A stretch of DNA of 58,769 bases, filler included, from Sphacelaria rigidula (GCA_964200075.2; 10 parts of 10 records of this genome joined end to end with filler, not necessarily neighbours in it), one strand, 5' to 3'. Counted from the whole stretch's first letter, positions 24,148 through 38,336 are shown. Made by a program: numbers and translations. The notes: generated by a model not told the origin, from the letters alone.

Positions 24148-27100
24148 CTATGGGTGCATCAAGAATGGAACATAAATGCGAGTGGGCTCATCGTCAAGCA
24201 AGCGTGCATGGCGGCCAGTGGCAGCGTTTAAATGTGCACTGGAAGGAGATGTCGGGCGACGAACCAGTAGTTGAATACCGGCATCGGTTGTAAAAATAGT
24301 ACCTTTGCGGGCAAGTTCAAAGACATCAGAGGCGAGCGGGGGTGGTAGTGTACCAACCGAGACCAACACTGTTTCTGGAATTGGGACAGGACAGCCAAGG
24401 TGCAAATATTGCATGGTAGCCCGGCACAATGGCTCGGCCTGTTGTTCACGAGCCCAGTCACGATGTGAAAAGCTAGCGAGGAATTCGCGCAAGTGACCTT
24501 CGGCAGGAGAGCCAACCACACATGGGGGCTCAGGAGGAGGTGGAACAGGAGACGGAGCGGGGACACCAACATCAATTTCTACGTCGGGGTCAGGGTCCGA
24601 AGTGTTCGTCTTCTCTTCAGGAGGGATGATCGAAGAGTGTACCGCAGAAGGCGGCGTGGGCGTGCGCGCTGGAGAACGCGATCGACGTCGGGGGCGCGAT
24701 TTTTGTGTGACTGGTTTTGACAAGGTCAGCGACGCGCTGTTGCGGGGAGACAGTGCTCCGTCGTTCGGAGAATGAGGACGCTGAATCGAGGGCGGCGGTA
24801 CGCGAGGGGTGTTCGCGCGGGCGGCAGACCGAGAGCGTGTATTGTCCGAAATAAGATGAACAGTAGTAGGTGGTGGTACGGAAATATTCGCACGAGGACC
24901 GAAAGTACGGAAATCAGCGAAATCGGCGGCGGCCGGTTTCAATCCACTCGACACTGCGTCGTAGGGTAGAGGGCGGGGTTCACCCGTGTGCGTACCTGTT
25001 TCAGGGCAGTGGAGGTCAAGGGCGTAGATAGGCGTTGAAAAACGCCGAATTGGATAGATGCCTGGTTCATCAGGTTCTGTCAACCTACAAGCGGGGCTAG
25101 TATCCACAGCCGTAGGAGGCAGCGGAAGGCGGGAGAGAAGATCAGCATTCCCATTGGTTTTTCCTGGTCGATGTTTGACTGTATATTGGTAGGCTGTCAA
25201 AAACTTCAACCAGCGTTGCACGCGCGGGTTATTTTCACCAACCTTCGCGAGTTGTTCAAGGGCTACATGATCCGTATAAATCTGGAAGGGGACTTGGAAC
25301 AAGTATTGTCGAAGTCGTTTTATAGCCCAGGTAATAGCTCCACCTTCTAACTCCAGGGGACTACAATTGACTTCATTGGGCAAGGTTGCACGGCTGATGT
25401 AAACGATGGGTCGCACGGAGCCATCAAGTTGGGGCTGATTCAATACCGCGCCGAATCCATCTATACTGGCGTCAGTATGTTGTTGAAAGAGGCGAGAGCC
25501 GTCTTGCACGGCGTCCCAGTCCGGAAAACAAATAACCGGTTTTGCGGTAAGTGTTTCCAACAAATCGCGTACAATGACTTCCATATCTTCTGTGAAGACA
25601 AACGCGATGCCTTTTTTAAGGAGGTCCGTAATGGGTCGGATCCGTTTGGACAAATTTGGCAAATATTTGCGATAGTATGACAGTCCACCCAACAAGGAGC
25701 GGAGCTGTGAAATGTTGGTAGGCATGGGCATCTCGGTCATTGCCCGTACTTTATTAGTGTCCGGGTGTAGACCCGCCGGTGAAATAGAGTGGCCTAGAAA
25801 TCCAATTCAGTCGCACCAAGGCGAGCTTTTAACGGAGACAATTTTACATCGTGTGTCCGGAGGCGAGAGAAAAATTCTCGTAAAGTACGCACGTGTGCGG
25901 GGGGAGTAGCATCGAGAGCGATAGCATCATCCAAGTACATGAGGACATGTTCAAGTCCATCTGTGACTCGTTGCATCAAACGTTGGAAGCAACCAGGAGC
26001 CGTAGCGGCACCTTGTTGCATCCGGAGCCACTCGTAAGGGCCGGAAGACGTACAGAACGCTGTTAACGGAACTGTATCTGGGTGAATGGCATTCTGGAAA
26101 ACTCCAGAGGCAAGATCGGAGGTGCTGAAGATTTTCCCTTCGCCCAACGAATCAAAAACTTCATCAATGCGAGGGATGGGAAGTTTTCCCACGACAATGA
26201 CGCGATTCAACCGCTTATAATTAACGGTGATACGTATGTTTCCATCTTTTTTAGGGACTACCACTAGGGGCGAAGCCCATGGAGAGGAGCAGTGCTGAAT
26301 CAACCCAGCTCCTACGTACGCATCCAAGATAGCATTAACGTTTTTAGTAAGGATGGGGTTCGTCCGATAGGGGCGAGAAGCGATTGGTGAAACACCAGGT
26401 TGAAGTGTGATTTCGAAGGGGAGCGTTTTGCAGTGCCCCAGAACCGTTTTGGATCGAGAAAATCGATCTTGATACTCCAATAAAACATCGCTTAGTTCTT
26501 TGATTACGTCGGGCTCCCACCCGGGTCCATGTAAATTAAAGTTGATATCACGCAAGTGGGGTGGCAGTTGCCTCCACAGCTGTAAAAACCTTTCTTGAGA
26601 CTCCGGTGACAAGCGTGTGAGCACTTCATCAGGAGGGTTGGAAGTAGGGTGACCTGGTTCCACGACATGAATATGCGGGGGGGTGAGGTCGAAATATGGC
26701 TCATCGACACAATTAACAGAGGTGTTGGTCGAAGACGCAGATTTGGGCGCCATTGGTTGAGTGGCACATGTCTCGAGTGGAATGTGCAACAAAGGGGCCG
26801 CAGCGATACCTATGATATCGCCGGGTTCCAAATTAGCGTGACCCGTGAGGGGTAATAACTGTTGTCCTACGGAAACAAAGTGCTCGGTGCCGGCAGGTGC
26901 GCCAACCCGAGGAAGTACTTCAGCAAGATAATGGCCCGTGAGGGCAGGCATGCCATTTCGGCGAACAAGTGCAACTTCTAACAGTTGAGGATCATCGGAG
27001 AGGGTAACACCAATACCACCTTCGTATCGGAGGTGATAGACGGCTCCGGTAGCTGCATCATCTTTCTTGTAAGCCAAAGCACCAGCGAGAGTACCAAAAT

Positions 27101-27866
27101 GTTCAAGGTTTAACTCTCCAAGCGGCGCAGAGTGTGATGATATGGGGTAGAGAGTACGATAAGTCCTCTGATCAAATCGCATGTAACTATCTCTGCCCAA
27201 CAGCAAAGCGTGAGCCATGGTACTGTCGGGGACAACATAAGCCCAAACAGCAAGACTCGCAGAACGGTCGGTGTTGTGAAAAAACTGCACACTGAGACGT
27301 ACTGATTTTCGCGTCGTCAAAGGTGTGGTAGAGTCGCCAAAACCACCCCACACACGAGGCTGTGTGGTAATTTCACAAACGTCTGAAGCAGCTCCCATCT
27401 GCTTCATGTGGTCCCACATTGATTCACGAATAAACGTTTGTGGGCTGCCACTATCTATTAAAGAGACACACTTGGCAGGCGTAGCGGCGGAAGGGCCGCA
27501 ATGCAACGCAACACGAGTAGTAAAAGTGGCGGGGTCAACAGACACTTTTCCACCAACCAAGTCTGGACCGTGTTCAGTTAATGTAGATTGGTCAGGATCA
27601 ACTGTGCTAACCGCGAAAACGGACGGTGGATGATCCGCCGGGGGTGCAGAAGACTCGCCAGGATTTATGGGAGGACTCGAAGAAGGAGTATCGCAAGGCG
27701 ACTGGCCATTATTAATCTCATAAATGACCGTCTTCGGTAGGCAGGGGTCGGTATTTGAAAAAGACCCGTGCAAATGGACGTTTATATCTTCGGGTGAATA
27801 GTCAGAGGCATCAGTGAGATCGGATTTAGATTCTTCTGTGATGCTTGATGAAACAATCGAGCTCAA
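24148..27866 (-). pseudogene. Gypsy pol: protease, RT and RNase H, with a 1-bp frameshift near 25797
   Basis: Protease LIDSGSPQTF. RT SPWASPLVVVPKKDG, NYKRLN, MYLDD, LRSLLGGLSYYRKY. RNase H TDASIDGFGAVL, LELEGGAI, YTDH, NADLLSR. Confidence 0.93.
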
Positions 27867-28862
27867 AGTCGTCGCATTACGGAGAGAGTGAGGTCGGGGT
27901 TTTCCGCTTAAGAGAGGTGTACGTGTCGATGCGCGCTCTACTCTGGGGGCATCTCTACGGGCTTCCTCTCACGCCGTGACAAAGGGCGGGGGACTTCCAA
28001 AGTATTTTGGGAATCTGCAGCTGCGTCCAGCTGGAGTGGTGGGGTCAGCATCGAATCATCAAGCGAAGCTTGTGGGCTATCCGTAGGCAAGCTTGGTTGA
28101 GAGATCTGCAATTGTGCAGAGTTACGGTTGTTATGAGAACGATTCAGGGGTAGCTTCGCAGGAGTCGATGAACGCGAAGAACGAACTCTATCGAGCTGGA
28201 TGGGTGTTAATTGGCCCGAAGTGGTCAATTTTAGACCAACAACACTTGAAGCAGTCGAAGGAAGTACTCTACTGCCTGCGCGTGCGGTCACTGAAGGAAG
28301 CCTTTGCCTCAGGGACGGGCGGTCGGTGTACCCACACTTCAGATTTACACTTAATTCTGAAGGACCAAGTCCAGAGTTAAGCGTAGCACCAAGTTGTGAG
28401 TCAACGCGACTGTTACGCTGTTTGCGGAAGGGTGAAGACGGGGGTCGACATGATCGGCCATTCTGAGTATTCCTGCAAAGTGCCGGGGACACGGAGCGAG
28501 AAAATTTCGCCGCGCGCTTCGAGGGCAGGGTGGAGTTAGTCTCCGCAGGTGCTATCGACGGCGCCGGAGACGTAAAAACGCCAGCGTTGGCGCGTCATGG
28601 ATCAGTCCGATCAGTGAGGAAGGAACCAGGGTTTCTGGCGTTAGGATTTGAGTGATCATGATGTGGTCCAGTACGCTGATGTCTATCAGTGTTGGAATGA
28701 CGGCGAGAAGAATCATCGCGTCGCCGAGAAATAGAACTGTCGTAGTTGGTACGACTGTCGCGATGTGTGCGATTGTGTGAGTTGCGAGCATGACGGTTCG
28801 AAGTGCGATAGTCACGCATGCGTTGTTGCCAGCGACGGAACGCGGGCTCGTTATCCTGAAGT

Positions 28863-29324
28863 TCAGAATTTCATTAGACCGGAAGCATTGATACAAGGAC
28901 GGGTGCAATCGCGCATACTGTGTCCGTGACCGTTACAGTTGATACAGCTGTTGGCATGCTGACTGAAGGCCTGGTATCTAGCAGCTTTGGTGAGGAGTGG
29001 GTTCCACAAATACGGATCATCCGTCGTGAAAGACGAAGTGGAAACTGCGTAAACGTCATCCCATGTTTCAGTAGAGTACGGCCAACCATCGAAGGTAGCA
29101 GCAAAAGGATCTCGCTTGTGTGAAACGCTCATTACGGAACCAGCTACGGAAGCGGGTACCCAAGAGGAACGAGGTGAACTCTGGGATCTGTTACGAGACC
29201 CAGAACGGGTAGCGGAAGTGGTGGGAAAATTGGTGGAAGTCGGCTGTGAGCGCTGAGGGGAATACCTGTCACCGCGAATGGCGGGTGTCAAATTATTTTC
29301 TTGATGAACAAAAGCGCTCCACAT
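28863..29324 (-). pseudogene. Gypsy gag C-terminal fragment with a CCHC zinc knuckle
   Basis: CINCNGHGHSMRDC fits CX2CX4HX4C and lies upstream of pol on the same strand. Confidence 0.8.
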
Positions 29325-29584
29325 CGCATCGACTGNNNNNNNNNNNNNNNNNNNNNNNNNNNNNNNNNNNNNNNNNNNNTTAATTAATTAANNNNNNNNN
29401 NNNNNNNNNNNNNNNNNNNNNNNNNNNNNNNNNNNGAAGGAACGTAATGAGCGCCAGAATGTCGGAGGTAAGTCTATAGGAGTAGGAACGGTGCTCCATC
29501 TCGAAAGGGATACGTGGTCAGTGGTCAAACGATTAAGGCAAGCAACACATGAGAACCCTCCCCTCCCTCCCCCCCTAGACGGCG

Positions 29585-29770
29585 AGGGTAGGTCACCTGC
29601 TGAATCGGCATCAATTTCACTGGGAAAAGTACGCTTGATCCGGTTGGACTACCCGCACCGCGATATGAGGGTTGACTTTTTGACCGCTAGGGTAGGTCAC
29701 CTACTGAATCGGCATCAATTTTCACTTGAAAAAAGTATGCGTGATCCAAATGGACTACCCGCACCGCGAT
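29585..29770. repeat. Direct duplication of about 80 bp, period about 104 bp
   Basis: AGGGTAGGTCACCT.CTGAATCGGCATCAATTT...GGACTACCCGCACCGCGAT at 29585 and 29689. Confidence 0.8.
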
Positions 29771-30254
29771 CAAAGGGTGAAGTTCCGGCTCGAATCTTTC
29801 CTTGGTCTGAGATTCGAAGTAATGCTAACGACCAGCGTACACCTGCACCAGCCACCTGGCAATAACATGCCGTTTGTGTGTGCAAACATTTTATAATATA
29901 TAGCCCAACGACGTTTCGGAAAATATTCGCAGCCAATGAAAATCCAATTTTCGGGGTCCGGAGCGCAAAACTTTTTTCCAATAACGGAAAAACTGGCAAT
30001 GGTGAGCATTCAGTTCTTGGGAAAGGTACCCGACCGGTAGGGAACCCTCTCATTGTACATGACAATCGGAATACCTTCGTAATGATATGGCGGTTTCACG
30101 ATTTCACCTATTGGATGGCTGTCGATAGAGCATGGTTGATTTGTTCAAACAATCTGTACTACAACTTCTTTGAAGATATCAAAGTCTCTAATTCGAAATC
30201 GAGCACATAAAAGATTCGCAATCAGGTGGCATAAGCCTTCCATCTACTATTGGG

Positions 30255-30504
30255 GACACTTTCTACGATAGCCCCTCCCAGAACCAGCCCAAAAGTGTCA
30301 CGACAAAAATGGCCATTCGGCGCCTGATGTTCGGGTCCAGGCTGCACGAAGCGCCTCATATGAGCGACATTGGCGAGAACGAACCCAAGCATGGGAATTC
30401 CCAGCTGCTCGTTGTGCTCGGCTTTTTCCATTTCGATTTACGTGAAGAATTTGCCTCCCAAAACCATGCACTTTGGGGGGGGGGGGGCTATCGTAGAAAG
30501 TGTC
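30255..30504. mobile_element. 250-bp MITE with GACACTTTCTACGATAGCCCC TIR; second copy at 49266-49507
   Basis: Inverted termini and a shared internal sequence in both copies. Confidence 0.8.
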
Positions 30505-31043
30505 TGGGAACATAGGCTGGGACATCACTTGCGATTATCAACGAGCAGGCGGCCGATCGACGAAGGCTAGCTAACCATCGTTAGACTACGTTTTAAAATG
30601 GTTGACACAATTTTACAAGAATCGCTACCCTTACGCTTAATCCTAACCCCAACCCAACGCACACCGAGAACCCTCGGGCAAGGGCGAAACGTACCTTCCC
30701 GAGGCAAAGTGCGGCCTTGGTAGACCCCAAATCGGCACCTGTGGCGCTAATTTCAACGAAAAATGCGTCTGGTACACACGCGAGGAGCACACGGGACTGT
30801 CAGCCCTGTGACGCCAGCCAGTGGAAGAATTGCTGAATCACTGCTGTTGAGGGACTCCCCAGTCTTACTGGCCTCAGTTCCAGTCCTCAGCCTTTACGAC
30901 ATCTCATATTGTCGGAGTGACCTTCCAAGGCACCCACCTAGACACACAAGGGTATCAACCTAATATCCCCGGTCGTTATCCAGATCATCACTATCAATGG
31001 TCATTATCCATATCATCACTACCAGCTCAACGTAACGGCGTAT

Positions 31044-34000
31044 TTACGTCGCAACACCCTCGAAGCGCGTTGGACGAAAGTCGATCAACAAGCTTGACAC
31101 ATAGAAGACGCCAAAACGATGAGTAAGTCGCAACTGAATACCAAACTCACTCGAAATGCGAGCAGCAACGGCACGAGTCACGCGCAACTTACGCAACTCC
31201 TTCGTAAGGAATTCCGGAGCGGCCTCAAAAATATCCTTGAAAGCCTCCCACAGACGTTCCCCAACTTCAAAACCAACCCAGTCGAGCAACACAATCAACG
31301 AACGGTCATCTGCTTCTGCCACTCGGACAATACAGCCATCTGAAATCGCTCCTGATTGAAAGTATGCTGGAACACGTCCTCAACGTCAGCCGTAATATTA
31401 AGCTGCGAGTCTGCATCAAAACACAAACGAGCTACATGGGCGATCTGAACACGACCCGAAACAATGTTCTGAATCTCAAACACGTGCGGATGGTGAGCGC
31501 CAACCACTCTCCATGGACCAGTCCACGTCGCCATCAACTTGGGTGTAACACCCGGACGACGCACGCGTGCATACAAGACATAGTCACCGACCTCAAAATT
31601 CGGCAATTCCAGCCCCGACGAGGACCCCTCACGTCTACGCGCACGTTCACATGTCCCTGCACTTGAACGTGGAAACGTTATTACAAGTCCAAGACTCCTT
31701 GCAATGCACGCTGTATTTGAATATCGTCCAGAACATCACACTTCCACTCGCCCGCCGACGAAGACGCCAGCACCGAGAAAGACATCCGAGGGGCACGACC
31801 AAACATCACGTGGTACGGCGTACTACCGTAACGACGACGATACGCTGTAGAGCCATCCTACGATAGGGGTGGGGGTATTTTGGGGCATTTGTTGCTCGAA
31901 ATTTCGAGTCAGATCGTCGTTGAANNNNNNNNNNCACACTTATGAGCCTCTTTTTTCCTGCAACCAAATACCCCCCCCCCTATCGTATTAAGCGCCCATT
32001 GCACCGCAGGCAACACATCCACCCGCTCGGAAATCGCTCGACGCTACTCGAGAAGAATAGACCGAAGAGCACGAACTAATCCCTTGACCATGCGTTTACA
32101 CGTACCGTTAGACCACGGAGAATACGCTACCGCAAACTGGTGATCAACGCGCAAAGCCTCTCGCAATCGGGCCAAAGTCGTGGCGGTATCACCCATCCAC
32201 ACACGCGGCACCCCCAAAGTTCAGCACCAATTCAGCAAAGATGCAGCAGTCGATTCAGCAGTACGCACTGCTACTAATTCCAGAGCCACAAAGTCGCTCA
32301 AATCATTCATGATTACCAAAATTTATCGAAACCCTGCACCCTCCGAAAAACCTTGGGAAGTTAGCGGACCACTCTCACCCACGTACAAGAAGTCGAAATG
32401 AACGACTTCATTCGGCGTGGTCCCATGGATCGTTTCGCCGAGCGGGCGGGGAACAACATCGCCCGCCCTCGAGTCAGCACAGTGAAGACACTGGCGGACA
32501 AATTCGCGCACATGAGTTTCTATCCCCTGCCAGGCACGAAACTCTTGCAAGCGCACGAGCGTCGCAGCCACACCACGATGCCCGGTGTCGCGCATGTGCG
32601 CGCAAATCATCAGACGTACCTGCAATTGCTTGTCAGAACTCGGAATCCATGAAGCGTTTCGGCCACGCACATGTAAACGAAACAGACCTTCACTGTCCAA
32701 AATAGCAGTGCCAACGTCCGACTCGAAAGATTGCACATCCGCATCTTCGGCCCCAAGGTCTTTTCGTTGCGCTTGGCGGACAACAGATTTGGACGGCATT
32801 GAGTCATCAGGTTCACACGGACCATACACAGCCACAGTACGCACAGGCAATTGAATTTCAACAGTAGGCACCTGCATGGCCAAACTACCCCAATGACACT
32901 CAAATATATCCGGAAACATTGACACCTGACCATCAGGACGAGAATGGAGCAGCGTCACGGCATGAGCCACCAGACCCTTCGCTGCCGCCCACGCCTGCAG
33001 CCTGCCCTCCGTCCACGATGCAGCCTTCTTCGGAAACGCCATATCTGGACTGAACCATCCTGCCTGCAAATTTCGTAACACCAACCCGAGCACCAAAAGA
33101 GCCGCCATGCACAACGCCAACCAACTCGACTTCACTGGATTGTACCGCCGCGGCTTCGTCCTCGCCGCGGACGCCCCAGGTTTTAGCTGAACACGCATAG
33201 GGTCCACGCGCGCAGGGGGATCACCCATCAGCGAACGACGAAACGGGTTGACGCCGCGATGCAAGATGCCACGCAGGCGTTCCGCTTTGGGAACGCTGAG
33301 GCCTTTCGCCACAGCATCCGTCACGCTCTCCTCTAGCGCGGCCTTCCGAGCGGAATTCTCTTCCGCCGGGTCCATAAATATATGGGGGCCACGCTCCACA
33401 AAGCGTTCCACCGCCTCATCACGCTTCTCGGACGTCTGCCCCTCCGCCTCCTGGAGAGCATCAACCGACAAGCTCACTCTGCAACTGGCCAAAAATGCAG
33501 GCGTCTCGACACTCGAACCGGGCGACGGCATTTGCATTTTGAGGGACTCCAACAGCCGATCATACGGATCGACTCCGAGTCCCCGAAGCGTCGGTAAGCC
33601 CCACAGAACGACACCGTCCGTCCCCGGCATGATCGCAAATGATATCGAGGGTAATTTTGCTGGCCCCCAGGTAGTCCTGAACACCAACTGTAGGGGAATC
33701 GTACGCTCCATGACATTTATACGTTGCCCCGATGCGGTGATGGCCTGCCGCGTCCCGAACGAGAACGTAATGCGAATTTGCTCACCAGGGAGTAAACGCT
33801 CCGCTCCAGCATCTCCGCAATCAGCACCGACACGCTCGTGAAATGGGCGCCTGAATCCAACACAGCGTTGACCGATATGACTCCCCGCGCCCGTTGATTT
33901 GGGAGATATAACTCTGCAGGAACATATTTGTCTTGATCCTCGACCGGCGCCTGCTCCGCCAACTGATTGTTCGTTATCCCCACTTGGCGCCACGGCTGCG

Positions 34001-35150
34001 CGCGCCGCGCAGGCATAGCCGCCCCCTCTGGGGTAAACGACACCGCCGGTGGGTACGTAACCCCGCCCACAGAACCAAATTGCAGCGGTACTCCCGCCGA
34101 CGCAGCAGCGGATACAAATTTCAGCTTGAATCCGGCCGGCTCAGCAGCAGGCGTCTCGCCTTGCTCTGCTGCCGGCGGCGCCGGCACCGAGCCCGACACT
34201 TGAGTGTTCGGTCCCACCTGCACCGCGCGTTGCGGAGCAGCAGTCCCTGCGGCTGAGCCGAACCCAGAACCAGACCCCTGCTGACGCCGCCGCCGCCACT
34301 GCCGCTGCCGCTGCTGCTGCTGCTGCTGCTGGAAACTCGACTGCACAACTTCACCGCTGGAGGATCCGCCTCCGCCACCACCCCGATTACCTTTTCACCC
34401 TTTGTGATTGCGAGGACGCGCACTTGTCTGCCCAGACTCTTCCTCGGAAGACTTCGGGCACTTGCGTGCGTAGTGACCTACCTGGCCACACTGAAAGCAA
34501 GTGATATTGGCGGCGGCACTGCCTGCGGATTTTGATACGCGGTTACGTGAGATCGAAGACTGCTGCGACGAAGTGGATGATTCCCCGGAGACTTCAATCT
34601 TCCGCCATGCCTGAGCCTCAGCCACCACGGTCTCCATAACTAAGTACGGGTCTGACTTCCAAATGGTTTCGTGCTGTAATTGCACAAGCACGGCCTGTTT
34701 GAATTCCGCCAGTGCCAGACCCTCCACCATCGCTCGCGCGATCACCGCAGCGAACCCTGGACGGAATTTGCCATCGGAGGAACGATAAACCATCTCCAAC
34801 TTCCCCATGATTGGCTCCACCCTCTCACGCATGGTCTTCCCCTTGTGGTTTATGGCGACAGCCTTCGGCACGGCCGCGGACGCCTAGGTTAACTTTACCT
34901 AAGCGCCCGCTGCATGCCCTGCATGTTTCTTGATCGCTGCAGCCAATTGCAACGGTCTTATTGTGTGCTTCTCGTAGAATCTTCTCGCAAAAACGCGTTG
35001 AAGGGGGGTAGGCATGGGTTGCGACATGGAAACAACCTGATGCCTTACCGCACCCCCCGAATTCGCATGCTCCACCCGCTTCTCGTATTCGACGTATTTC
35101 GTATAAAAAGAACGAGAAGCACACTCAGAATACAAATTCCCGTAACTGGG
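31044..35150 (-). mobile_element. Second, internally deleted Ty3/gypsy element (gag, PR, remnants of RT and RH, IN, chromodomain-like C-terminus)
   Basis: gag CFQCGQVGHYARKC. Protease VLDSGAHFTSV. RT start PRRYNP...SPDMAFPKK. Integrase HMRDTGHRG...CLHC and HFDFLYVG. C-terminal FEVGDYVL...KLMATWTGPWRV and LLDWVGFEVGERLWE. Confidence 0.88.
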
Positions 35151-38100
35151 AGGCGAGCAAAGCTACGGTAGGGGTGCACTTTTTTCGCGAAATTTTGTCT
35201 GGTTCAGGGGCTCCTAACGATTNNNNNNNNNNNNNNNNNNNNNNNNNNNNNNNNNNNNNNNNNNNNTTAATTAATTAANNNNNNNNNNNNNNNNNNNNNN
35301 NNNNNNNNNNNNNNNNNNNNNNCCAAACCATCCTCCTCAAGTAGTACCCCCCCCCCCCCCCCCCCAAGCTACGCTGTTGACAGCCTTCGTAGTTTCATGT
35401 TGTGGTTCGTGGTACAGCTAACCTGGACATACTGTATACAGCACCACGAAGACTCAGCGGGGAACGCAGCACCAGCACGAGTCGTCTCCGCATGCTCGCG
35501 AGAGTTTTCGGGAAATTCCGACAGCGTACAGTGCATATGCAGGCCACCTGTACTGCTGCTTCTCATGTTTTGTTCTGCGGTACAGTTGGCCTGCATACAC
35601 AGCACATTATAAAGATAGCTTCAGACAGCACCAGTACGGCAAGAGTCATCCCGCACGTTCTCGTGAGTTTCCGGAAACACTCCGGCAGCTCCCACTGCAG
35701 TCAGCGGACAGAACAGTACAGCACAGCATAGTGCTGTACAGTCTGTGTAGCGGACAGCAGACAAGAGCAGTACGAAACATTCCATTCACGCATCCTGGAT
35801 CATAGATACACGCTGCATTTTCCCCTTTTGACTCATGCAGCATGAGCCACGTGATCCATGTACATGTTTTCCACCTTGCGCTTCGTGAGCATGAATCACA
35901 GATGAAGGTTTCCCAACTTCCACTCATACGAGGTGAATCAAGCACCCATGTATCTCCCCGTACATCCCTTCAGCATGAATCATGAGCACACATCCATACG
36001 AGGTGAATCACAGATACATGTTTCCCAATTTCCGTTCATGCAGCATGAATAATTCGTACATGTTCGCCACCTTCGATTTGTATGAAATGAAACAAGTGTA
36101 CATCGTTCGTTTCCATGATTCATACAGGAATTGTTATTCGCACATACTCGAGTACTTGTACCGTGGTACGTCTGATACTACTTGGAGAGTTCAAATTCCT
36201 AGTTCATGATTCGTGCGGTATGACCTTGAACGTACGCCACCATCCGTGCTTTATACTGGATGACTCCTTGGTACATGATTCGAATTTACCATTCGTGGGG
36301 AGTCAACCCATATGAACTTTGATTCGTCCTAACTGTGCACGTTTGAACGGTCTTTGAGAGTTTGTAGGACGCTGGCATGAAGGTGATGAAAACAAGTGGT
36401 AGGTTCGGCACTTTTCCTCAAGTATGGAAAATCCAGAGGTGTTGGTACCCATGCGCACATGGTAGTCACGGGTATTTGTTCCTGGGCTGCGGTCGTTCTC
36501 CGTCTATTGGCTTGGATATAGTACTGAACCCAGCGCGGACCTCACCTGGCAAGTTTTCATGTGCTTGAAACACGTAGCAGGGTACACTAAGGTGCCTCAT
36601 GCTTCTGTACGGGGAGGCCATTATCCCAATGAAGAGCTGCAACAACACAAGCACACGCGGTGCTGTGGTGGCTACTGTCTGTCCCGACCAGGGGGCGGGG
36701 GAATATCATCCCTGTGTGCGTGTAAATGTTGAATGACCTGGGAAATATTCCCGCAATACGCGGCTTATCTTGGGACATGACGGCCCAACGAGGGGACATA
36801 AAAGGTAGAGCTACGCTTGGGAGCGACTGAAGGCAGGGCCAGATCGCGACCGGGTTGTTGTTGCATTGTAGGGTGTATCATTCGACATGATGAACAAATC
36901 CAACAGGGTGTGTTCAAACAGGCAGCTAGTGGTGCATCGTGAACGAATCTTGCGGGTGCACTCACCTTGCACACGATCCAGCAGGAAAGGTACGGAGCAA
37001 GGTTGATCACTCCTACGATTCACCCTGGTGACACTTTGTTGGTACCGGTTGGGTCGAGGTGCTGACGACAAGCGAGCAATACGACACGCACTCGAGTGCG
37101 TCGGTTCGGTACGCTGGTTGCTCGAGACGGCAGAATAGCTTGTAACACGAAGCATCGTTAACACCACTGGCGCAGCTAACGATTGGCGATGTTGATGACG
37201 TATTGAACATTATGCACAGCTTTCACAATTCTTTCGCATGCGGCTACTACTACCGTTTGTTGATGTTTGGCATGAACGCTTGTGGTAAAAACATGAACTG
37301 GATCCTGCCCTCCGTTAACTGGAGCCACGATCGCCAGGCCTCTCGCCTTCATTGGCCACAGCAGTACAAGGTCTAACCATCCCCAGCTTGTGGATCCAAG
37401 CTCGATGGAAATACATGGGCATACAAAACTACACTGACTCACTATCAATCGCACGCTGTTGATTTACGTCTCGCTGATCTCAGGTGTGCGAGTGTGAACC
37501 AACATCACGAGAGGCTTTCCACGTGTGCTCGACGCTCTCCCTTCTGCAGTGTAGAGTTGTCGGTGTGAATGCTGAGTGATGGTGCGTACCTGCGATCCGG
37601 TTATTTCAGCCAGCAACAGTCCCCAGGTTGCTCGAAGCGGCGTGTCTTATGCTGGCGTGGACATGACAGCAGGTTAGACGGATTCTCAACAGTGGAATGT
37701 ATGCTTGCCGACAAAAACGCGACGCAAGTAGAAGGTACTGCTGTACAACCACCACAGATCAGCGTATTGTAACACCCTCGAGCACGAGCATGTCCCGCCA
37801 ATATACTGTCGTTCCTCACCGCGAGTTCTGGACGACTGGCGTATCAACATACATATACAGAGTAGTCAGTGCGGATGTTTGGAAGGCTGGCGGCATGCAA
37901 CACCGCGAAATGAACGTCGAGGATCTCCGTCACTATATTTGGACGAAGCTGTAGTTGCTTATAGTAGTACGAATATCTAGTCACCATGGGCGAGTCGGTA
38001 AAATCTGACGATACTCGATGTGATGATTTTTCCGCTATTCACGTGGGGGTGAAAGGAGGCTGAGGGGTGGGTGCCCGCGATGTTCAATAGCTTGCAGCTT

Positions 38101-38336
38101 TTTGCTTTGCATACTTTAGTCCGATTCCATTGTAGTGCGTAGAGAATGTGTACTGGCCCAGGTTGCGTCAGCAACTCGTGACTCGTGATGGATTCCACGT
38201 GTTTGCTGCTCGAAAATCCTGGACGAGCTGACCTGCACAGCGCTCGTTTTTCTATGCTGGTGACACAGGCAGCAACCTCTGTCTGGACGCGTTCACCATC
38301 GCCCTCAACGAGGCTTCCTCCGGAGGAGAGTCGTAT

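Larger units (their letters stand above)
23549..29335 (-). mobile_element. Ty3/gypsy LTR retrotransposon internal region (gag-PR-RT-RH-IN); both ends cut by the contig boundaries
   Basis: Domain order gag zinc knuckle, protease, RT, RNase H, integrase. Confidence 0.95.

Noticed and set aside
30910..31056. Putative 3' LTR of the second gypsy element
   Set aside because: The TG..CA ends and polypurine tract are only weakly suggested, and no second LTR is present for comparison.
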